Both the position numbers and the translations under genes were made by a program. DNA of 61,058 nt, the filler included, from Porpidia crustulata (Eukaryota), in the NCBI GenBank assembly GCA_964255105.1. It is 7 parts of 7 records of this genome, joined end to end, with 100 filler letters (N's around TTAATTAATTAA, not from the genome) between each part and the next. Parts side by side here need not be neighbours in the genome. Positions count along the whole stretch, not along the records: positions 52,442 to 61,058 come from CAXUWE010001084.1; 6 more parts are not named here. One strand, 5' to 3'. Positions 52,442-61,058 of the stretch are shown here, in pieces. The number at the start of each line of letters is the position of its first letter. Position 1 is the stretch's first letter. Below the pieces are notes generated by a model. The model ran no database searches and was not told where the DNA came from. It saw nothing but the letters and a program-made list of their open reading frames with translations.

Positions 52442-55400
52442 GCACTATTACCCGGTCGAAATCGAGGATCGAATCCAGTTTGTGTGCAATGGTTATGACG
52501 GTCCAGGCACGGAAGGAGGTGGCGATAATGGCTCTGAGGAGGTCCGTTGTGGGCGGATCAAGACTGCAATTGGGGTGGGGGAGGTTAGTGACGGGTTGGG
52601 TGATGCAGTGGCCACAAGGGACGGTTGTGATAAATAGAGACGCAGAAGTAGGGATGGAATACGAACCAGCTCATCACCTCATCGAAGAGAACGATCCCCC
52701 TCTCTTGCTTCCGCAATAGCGCACGAGCAACACCGAAGATAACTCTCTGGCCCTGCGAGAGCGCCAGGGCCTCCATGCTACCATCCAAGCCTCCCCTCCC
52801 GTCAATCAAACTCCAGAGCTTCACTTCCTCCAGCACACTCGCAATCTTTCTATCACTCGCAGAACCGATGGGATCAGCGTTCAATCGCACACTGCCGTCG
52901 AAAATGTACGGTTCCTGCGGGACAGCGACTATGGTGGAGCGTACGTGTTCGTGGGGGACGGAGGTAAGGGGAACGGCATCGATGGTGATGTTACCGGAGA
53001 CGACGGGCACGAGCCGAAGGAGGGCGGAGAGAAAGGTGGATTTGCCACTGTAGGGTGGGGGTTAATTTGGAAGGATGAAAGCAGGGCGAGGGAGGACTAC
53101 CTTCCGGTCCTGCCGCAGATGGCTAGTTTCTGGCCGGCGGGGATAGAGAGGGTGATCCCCTTGAGGACGGGGTTTGAGGGGCTGGGAGGGTTAGCTATGG
53201 TCAGGTGGATGACAAGGAGGGGCGATGGAGGATCGAGACTCACTGGTAGGAAGCAGTGAAATCTCGAATTTCGATCGCGCCTTGGCTCGGCCATGACTCT
53301 GGAGGCATCCGTAACCCTGAACATTCGTCTTCTGACTCTGTGTCATCGGTAAAACTCTTGATTCGAGCCACTGCGCCAATGGAAATCTCCAGCGTCACCC
53401 AGGACGTTATCAGCGTTTTCACCGTGGCGCTAAAGCTCATGATATTGAGTAATGCGATACCCATGTATCCGGGACTGATTTTTCCCAGCAGTTTGACGGC
53501 AATAGTGATCAGGATTATGGCCATGATAGCGATAACCAGATCGACGGCTAAATTTAGCCATCGCTGGATGCAGTAGAGGAGATAGGATGGTCTTTGGGAA
53601 TCATCGAGGACACGCAAAAACCGCTTTTCGAATTTGTCTTGCCACTGAAATGCTCGCATTGTCGGTAATCCACTAAGGGTTTCCATCAATTGGGAGTATA
53701 GGGGTGCCTTGTATTCAATGTCTAGAAGTCGCATTTGTCTTGAAGTGCGAAGGTAGAAGCGTTGAATGATGTAGAAGACGAACGCTAGAAAAGGAATAGC
53801 TATGGTGATGTATTTAGATGCTATCGACATCAATACACTCTGTGCGACACAGAAAGCCAGACCTAGGAATCAAGCTTTAGTGAAGAGAAGTCCATTCGGA
53901 GCAAGTAGAGATACCTATAGCTGTCCCTATTGCTGCGGAAGGGAGTTCCATATCGACAAGTTGCAAGTCTTGACTGAATCTAAAAGTCCGACTCAGCTGG
54001 TATCATTACTTCTGGCTCATTGGCTTGTAAGGTGTACCTGTTGATAGTAATCCCGGCATCAACTGACGAAAAGAACGACATTGGAGCCCTGGTAGTACTT
54101 TTAGTGATCGTTTGTATGTTTCATGAAAGTACACTACCTTGAAACTGTCTTCAGAAGTGCAGCATGAAAATACAATCCCGATTTTGATATAACAACAACA
54201 AATAGTTGCCTGTATAGAACTCAGTTTGACACCCACTCAGTTTGAGGTCCTAAACATAACTTACCAAGCTCCTGTGATAAGGCTGATGCATGCGCCAGCT
54301 CCTAAGGCAACATACACACCAAGCCACTTGCCTAGATGGTCATTTGGCTCCTTGGCATTCTCCTCGGCCCACCATTTGAGCCAAAGGACTTGACGGTCAG
54401 TATGTAGTAATCAAGCTTTGGAGAAAGTACGGCTTACTCGAGAATCCGTCACAAAAGGCTAGAATGGTCATCATGGCGATAATGATGGATGGAGATAGCC
54501 AACCTGCTGACTTTAGATAAAATTTATAGATAGAGGTATCCCCATCTCGGCGTTGTAGGTCCCCTTGCTTGACTCCCGTCGGTAATGCAGCGTCCAACAG
54601 GCGAGCTGTCTCTGTCAAGATGGTAGACACTCCTTCCTCGGACTTGCTCTTGATGTTCACACTAAGATTCTGATTGGACTGTTGTGAAAACGTACTAGAC
54701 AGATAGCCTCGCTGTGATTTCAGATCGTCGAAGCTACCCTGCTCCAGAATCTTGCCACCCTCTCCGAGAACAACAATGGTATTTGCGAAAGGTGCACGAC
54801 GAGCTAGTAAAGTGAAGGACATCACTGTCAGACAAGATCCAAATTTACTGAATAAGTGATAATACTAACCATCAGAAGAAGCCAGCACAACAGTCATGCC
54901 ATCACGTCGTAGCAACCCTTCGTTACCTAACAAGTTGTGGAAGACAATGTTTCCGGTCTTGGAATCGAGTCCACTCAGCACATCATCAAGGATGATGAAT
55001 TTGCGTCTCGAGTAAACCGCTCTTGCCAAAGCCTTTGCTGTCTATTAGTTGACGAGAAAAAGCTTTCAAGATTATATATACTGACGGTTCGCTGTTTTTG
55101 GCCTCCGCTCAGAGTTGTTCCTTTGCTCCCTATCACTGACAGATCACCATGCGGCCATTGTCTTAGATCTTCATCTAAAGCGCAGGCGGAAATGACATTG
55201 TTATACCATATTTGATCCAACTCGGACTTTTCAAGTACGATCTCGCGAAAAGTTCCATTCGGAAGCCAAGGAACCTGGTCACAGAAACCCACCTCTCGAG
55301 AAGTCACAGCTATGGATCCTTCGAAATCCGGCAACTCACCGAGTAATCCCTTCAGAGCAGTTGACTTTCCACAGCCAACAGGACCTAATACAAGAGTAAA

Positions 55401-57617
55401 GCTTAGTCCTTGGACTTTCCAGTCCGCGATGTCGAGGATGTAATCGGCATCTTCCTTGTACCGAAATTTTCCACCTAGAACAGCGATTACATCTCGATCC
55501 TTCTCACTCACCTCCAGGGGTCCAAGCTGGTTGCTTGTCAAAGACGACGCTGACAAGATCCGGGAGCCTTTTGAATGGGACGATTGCGATGGGCAGATTC
55601 TGCGTTCTTGCCATGATGGCTTATTCAAATATGCTTGGATCCTGGTGAAGCAAGCCGCTGAGCTTGCAAGCAATGGAAGAGCTCCGATGACTATAGCAAG
55701 AGGTTTGTAAAGGAGTGTCAGTAACGAGAGCGATGTAAATGCGGTAGAGATGTCCAAGGCATTATCATGCTTGAGTGCAAGGCCAGTATATGTGATGAAA
55801 GTCAGTACAGGGCTGAGAATGGGAGTCATTGAGGCTACATCGTCCGTTAGCCCAGATCGTCGTCTACCATGGGGCAATGTACAAAAAGCCACAACCCAGA
55901 TCAAAAGAACGCGAAATATTCTCGACATCTCCAGTTCGTGGACCCTTAAACCATGAACAATAGAAAATGCGCTCTCTGTCAAGCCGGACAGCTTGATCCA
56001 TTTGATGCTGCTGATAGTAGCTGATGTTCTCGCGACTCTTTCCTGAGATGCTTGGATCCATTTTGCTTGAGCTTTGCCCATGAAGGCCGCAACACCAATC
56101 GTGGCGGCCAAGACAGCTATAGAATCATAGCTTAGACATTGCATGTTTAATTAGGAGTTCTTCGTACCTATTGCGAACACAGTAGGGACGGCACTTGCAG
56201 TACCCAATTGTCGCTTTAGTAGATATATTGCCAAAGCTAATTCAGTTGGGCTAGCCCATAACTCTTGTAAATGAACGATTCCATCTTTTATCGTTTCAAT
56301 ATCGGTGCTGACCAACGTCAAGGCTGCCGCAGGGCTGACTTCGGAAGTCTCCAAGATCAATGTCTTTTGGTAGATGATAGGAATGAGACATCCTCTCATC
56401 ATAGTCGCAGCGCGATACATAATATACTCATGCTGAACATTCGATAACTTAATCGGTCTGTCAGGATACAATTCCCACATAGCGGAATGTATAAAACTTA
56501 CGGCTATACCAATGTAGACTAGAACAAAGGCACCGATCAACCCATACCCTACGTTTCTATTCTCCAATGTATCAGGTGAGCTTGCAAAATCAATAGCTCT
56601 ACTGATCAGAAACGGTTGGGCAAAGCTGAAGCCGATAAGGCAGAGCCTTGGAAATGCTGCGGCAAGTAGAGGTTGCTTCAGAAGTTTAAGCGTGGTTTTG
56701 AAAAGTATACCGTCAGGCTTCTTGTCGGTCACTAGGCTTGATTCTTAATCTCCGTCCTCATATCTTCAAGGACGCTGCAGAAATACTGACCGTTTTCCCA
56801 AGCTAGTTGAAGGCGCTCGTACAACACCTCAGAGTATAAGTCCTTGTCTAGTGTAAAGAGATTACCGAGGACGAGCACGTTTCGATAACCTTGTAAGAAG
56901 AGCGTACTCAACCACCAAAAAACGCTGCGACTGAAAAGTCCACTTGTAGCCTCCAAAGGGTATTCTTTATATTTGGGTATTAATATTGACCTTTTCTCGG
57001 CTGATTCCAAAAGTAGCATCACAGACTTTAAGGAAATTGTACAGATGAAGATTACAGGTATACTTCGGTCCAACCCCATCGACCATAGTGTTCTGGCTCG
57101 CGCGGTATCGAAGATGATTGAAAGAAACAGAAAGGTATCAAGAATAAACGATGGGCGAACCGAAAACACATGTTCGCTATATGAGAGCACGCCGAACCCC
57201 ACAGAAGCAATGAAGGATAATGTGGCAGTAGGCAGAGAAGCTCGGGTGAGGTGGATTGAAGTCGGAGAAGCCCTTGCCCAGAGGATGAGTAGCGCGAGAT
57301 ATAAGATCGAATGACAGATTGTGGATACCTATGAATACATCGGATGATTATTATCAAAGTATCGCTCAACGCGGGTCTTGCAAAGGGTTTCACACTATTT
57401 TATATACTTGCAAAGAACTGCTAAGAACTTTCTTGTCATGCTTGAGCGACTGGAATATCCGAAAGGGGACGATTAGGATGAAGATAACCAACAACGGGAT
57501 GGTCAAGATAGCCTCTTCGAAGAGAAGTGTGAAATCGAAGCCACCACGACAAGCACCCGCATAAGGACCGAAAGAATCATCAATGGACGAAAGGCAAGAT
57601 GTTGCTTTGTTGTTCAT
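52442..57617 (-). CDS. ABCC/MRP-type full-size ABC transporter, many exons, extreme 3' end lost
   Basis: N-terminal DDSFGP..CRGGFDFTLLFEE. NBD1: GPVGCGKS, LSGGQKQR, ILDDVLSGLD. TMD2: NRFSQDLQLVDMELP, FYLRTSRQMRLLDIE. NBD2: GRTGSGKS, LSQGQR, FDE, IAHKLDSI. Confidence 0.93.
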
Positions 57618-58366
57618 GCTTGACCTTAGTCCGAGCGGGAAGACAACTCATCAGACGAGAGATGCGGAGAAGTCAAAGGTAATCGGTATAAAGAGTGCTG
57701 CTGCCTAATTACATCGAAGATGCCCATCAATTCGTTACTCGATGCAGCAGCAGCATTTGAGGCAAATTGTCCGAAAGAGTCATACCAACCATCACGTGAG
57801 ACACGTTGAACATACTGCAGTGCCGTTGACCAGGATTGTTTATGATTGATGTTAGATGTCGCCAATTTTACTTGAATGATTTTAACCAACGGATCCGAGT
57901 TGGTGGTACGGTCTGGTCCCGTTTCAATCCAGGGATCCATGCAGCGGCAGGAGCATTAAACCAGGTAGATATTTGCACATAAATTACGAGCTAGCTAAAG
58001 GTTATAAGCGCTAGTAAGGTTCAGTCCAGGTGCCAAAAGAGCCGCTACGGAATACGGATATGACAATCTGGTGGTTTGCATCGAGTGCACGGCACACAGG
58101 TATCGACTATCTATCGAAAGTCGTCTCTTCAACTCACGGTACAACCGAGTGTCGGCCGTGATGCCTCGCCTGTCACCTCGAACAGTCAATCAGCTTCATC
58201 TTGCCAACAGGTGCGGAAAGGCTATGGGGTGACGGCGGGTTGAGCTCGGCTAGGAATATGTACAACGATTGAAAGCAAAGCAAGTGGCAGCCATTGGAGG
58301 TCGCCGAATATGGCATGCACGGCAAACGACCTGGTAATCTGCTCATCGATGTCCAGAGCCTGGATC

Positions 58367-59965
58367 TCACAACGAGATCAATTTCTCCGTCGCTTCCAGC
58401 AGAATATCCGCTACCAAAGCCGTTAGCAACCATTCGTTCCCGTAAATCGGAACAAACTTACCATGATGCCTCTGGAAAATCAACATCGGCCTCAATCGCA
58501 CCGCTTTCTCGCCACTGCCCCCAATATTCACTCCCAGACCCTTCGCCCTCTTCAAAAAATCATCTCTCCTCGGACTGTCCCACGCGATAAATGTTCCTTG
58601 GCCTTTGCCCCGCAGGCTCACAATCTCGTGCGGATACTGCTGCGCCAGCCGCTCCAACCCGCTATACAGGTGCTCGCCCACTTGCGCGGTGCTCTCAACA
58701 AGGTTCAAGCGCTCAATCTCGTTGACGATGGCGCGGAAGAGGATGGCGCGCGCGGGGTCACCCATCCAGGTGTTGAATTGCCGGTATGGTTTATTGGGGC
58801 GGAGGTCGGGGTTGCCGAAGTAAAACCCGGCCGTCTGGGCTTTCTTGGAAAAGGTTACCATATCTGGAGGCTCTGATAAATTCCAGTGGTCGTGAGCCCA
58901 GAATTTGCCAGTAGCGCCGACACCTGTCTGGACCTCGTCAACGATAAAAAGAATATTGTGGCGTTTTGTGATGTCGCGGAGACCACGGAAAAAGGCAGGT
59001 GAAGCATGATTGTCGCCGCCTTCAGATTGAACGGGCTCAACGACAACGGCACAAACGGGGTTGTGGAAGTTTTGAATGAGGTCTTCGGTTTCGGCGAGGC
59101 AGCGGGCTTCTTCGATCATGTTTTCTTGGGCGAACTCATGAAGGGGGTATTTGAGGTTGGGGAAGGAAGCTTGTGGCCAGTCGAAAGCGGGAATATCAAG
59201 TTTGTGGATTGGCTTACTGCGGGTAGTGGAGAGACTGCCAAAGAGACGGCCGTGAAACGCGGAGCGGAAGGACATGATCGATAGTTGTGGCGATCCGGGA
59301 GATTGGTTGTTCATTGAGGAGGATATGTCTTCGGCACTGAACTCGGCGTCAGGGCGGCCTCCACGTTCTTGCATCCGGCGCCACATAAAGGCGGCTTTGT
59401 ATGCGGTTTCGTTGGCGTCAGAACCTGCCATTGCCGTGAAAACTTGGTTCAGGCCTTTAGGGGCCACCTTCAAGACGCCAGTTTCGAGAATAGATGCCCA
59501 GTCATGCTGTGGGAAATTACCAAGCGCTGGACGGTTGATGATAGCACTGGCCATCTCCGGTGACGTTGCCGCCGCAAGCAATGTCGGATTACTGTAGCCC
59601 ACAGGAATCGAGGCGATCTGGGCGTATACGTCGAGCAGGACATTTCCATCTGGGTCTGCAATGTAATTCCCAAAGCTGTTCTGATAGTTGGCAATCATAT
59701 TCAAACTCCTCGTATCGAACACTCTATCCAAATCCTTAATCGCCTTCTTGCTTATGGGACCAGGGATTGCCGTCCGTACCGTTGGGCCACGGGGCTCATT
59801 CGGAAAGAGGGGTTCCTCGTGACTCGATGCGTCGGGCATCATCGCAGTCGCCACATCGGCCGCGGGTCTGGCTGTGGTTGTGACGGGACGGGATGCCAGC
59901 GACCGAGCAGCGTTAAGTCGGGTGAACGTGCGAAGGCGGGGCGCTGTTTTCACAAAAGACGCCAT
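58367..59965 (-). CDS. UGA1: 4-aminobutyrate (GABA) aminotransferase with mitochondrial-type presequence; one intron 58411-58461
   Basis: LLDVYAQIASIPVGY, GSDANETAYKAAF, FHGRLFGSLSTTRSK, VEPVQSEGGD, DEVQTGVGATG and PLP-lysine motif TFSKK. Confidence 0.97.
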   Translation of the reverse strand: MASFVKTAPRLRTFTRLNAARSLASRPVTTTARPAADVATAMMPDASSHEEPLFPNEPRGPTVRTAIPGPISKKAIKDLDRVFDTRSLNMIANYQNSFGNYIADPDGNVLLDVYAQIASIPVGYSNPTLLAAATSPEMASAIINRPALGNFPQHDWASILETGVLKVAPKGLNQVFTAMAGSDANETAYKAAFMWRRMQERGGRPDAEFSAEDISSSMNNQSPGSPQLSIMSFRSAFHGRLFGSLSTTRSKPIHKLDIPAFDWPQASFPNLKYPLHEFAQENMIEEARCLAETEDLIQNFHNPVCAVVVEPVQSEGGDNHASPAFFRGLRDITKRHNILFIVDEVQTGVGATGKFWAHDHWNLSEPPDMVTFSKKAQTAGFYFGNPDLRPNKPYRQFNTWMGDPARAILFRAIVNEIERLNLVESTAQVGEHLYSGLERLAQQYPHEIVSLRGKGQGTFIAWDSPRRDDFLKRAKGLGVNIGGSGEKAVRLRPMLIFQRHHGKFVPIYGNEWLLTALVADILLEATEKLISL

Positions 59966-60633
59966 CTTGCTGGAGAGTGAGAAGCTTGAGGATGTAAGAG
60001 TTACCAAGAGGTGGTATGGCGAACACTTCTCTTTGCGAAGCAGCTGGAGTTTAGGAGAGCGAAGAGGTCGTTCACTGAAGCGGGACTGATAGGAAAAGTC
60101 TGTTGCGGGGGTTGGACTCTCTTAAACACGAAGGTAAAGTAAGATCAGTGGTAGAAATACAGCTGAATCGCTAGACGATCTTCGCCCAGAATGGGTCTGC
60201 ACTCAATGTTATTCCAGATTGGATATTATTAGGTGTTTGGGCATGTTTGTGTGCCTTGGTTGGATATGTGACATGAGGGGCAACCCCAAATTCCGGGGAT
60301 TAACCAAATTTACCGGCTTTTAGGTAATGATACACGACCGTTAGAGTATTGCCACGGCTTTAATCCAAAAACAGCAAGTTCACCCTTGCCTGGAAAGCAA
60401 TGAGAGTATTCACGCGATAAGAGTGAATTGAAGTACAGTCGTCAAGTATCGAGATTTGCGGTAATCGATGTGTGCCAGTACGTGTATATAACATTTATTA
60501 CCAGCAGACTACCACAAATACAGCGCGACAGAATGGGCCGTCTCTCTTGCGGACGTCCAAGCCAAGAAGCTGATGCCCTCTGCTTCCAACAGAATATCAT
60601 CCACGATCACTTTTCCCGACTATAGTACAAGCG

Positions 60634-61058
60634 TCACGCCCCATCATGCACCTGAAGCTGCTGAACCCGATGCAAACTAGCTCCTGTAAACGATCGACCT
60701 CGGTCACCCTCCCGTTCGCTATCAGATTCCATGGGCGTCAGATCAGATGCGTTGAGAAGACTTGGGCTTGGGGCGGTGTCGGAAATATCTGTAGCGACAC
60801 TGTCCCTGCTTTGTATTAAGTCGAAAGCTACCGGTGCTTGCGCTTGCACTTCATCTGCATCATCCATCATTGCGTCCTCGAGCGGGGTTTCTCCATCTAC
60901 AGGCGCAATGCTGTTGAATGCGTGCTTGAAAAGATAGTCTCGCGGACTTTCCGATCCATCCATCATCGTCTCATCCATCATCGAAGCAAGCCTTGAAGGC
61001 GTGGTTGGATCCGCAGGAGAATCATCTGTCAGTGGCAGTGGCGGTGGCGGTGGTGGTG
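60634..61058 (-). CDS. C-terminal acidic/Pro-rich fragment of an unidentified protein (5' outside window)
   Basis: Frame is open from the window end (PPPPPLPLTDDSPADP...MMDETMMDGSESPRDY...) to TGA at 60634. Confidence 0.6.
   Translation of the reverse strand, partial: PPPPPPLPLTDDSPADPTTPSRLASMMDETMMDGSESPRDYLFKHAFNSIAPVDGETPLEDAMMDDADEVQAQAPVAFDLIQSRDSVATDISDTAPSPSLLNASDLTPMESDSEREGDRGRSFTGASLHRVQQLQVHDGA

Noticed and set aside
43742..57617. Chitinase + FAD monooxygenase + ABC transporter as a secondary-metabolite or defence cluster
   Set aside because: The ABC transporter is on another contig, there is no backbone synthase, and housekeeping YTH1 intervenes.
60291..60316. CGG-N16-CCG upstream of UGA1 as an AmdR/Uga3 site
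   Set aside because: Does not match the known consensus well; such triplet pairs are frequent by chance.

Overview
Eukaryotic, intron-rich filamentous ascomycete (Pezizomycotina) DNA; a lichen-forming lecanoromycete is plausible but only inferred. The window is not one locus. It consists of seven ~8.6-kb contigs (8652, 8651, 8650, 8645, 8622, 8621, 8617 bp, i.e. sorted by decreasing length) joined by artificial 100-nt N44-TTAATTAATTAA-N44 spacers, so gene adjacency across spacers means nothing. About 24 protein-coding genes or fragments are supported: a CE4 deacetylase, an orphan TM/coiled-coil protein, a Fe(II)/2OG oxygenase, COX23, MDM20, ILM1 (3' part), ISD11 (5' part), MET3, MET16, a hypothetical gene, a P450 with an in-frame stop, an Aly-type alpha-arrestin, DPB11/Rad4, DAL3, MSD1, a YAP180-type ANTH protein, a twin-CX9C protein, a GH18 chitinase, YTH1, an FAD monooxygenase, a DUF1776 protein, an ABCC transporter, UGA1 and an unidentified 3' fragment. 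The top finding is invisible to the ORF track: a snR45/U13-type box C/D snoRNA (guide for 18S rRNA helix-45 cytidine acetylation) at ~39057-39303, whose 5' guide is separated from box C by an apparent 54-nt spliceosomal intron. Gene models were read by eye, so exon boundaries not stated explicitly are approximate.
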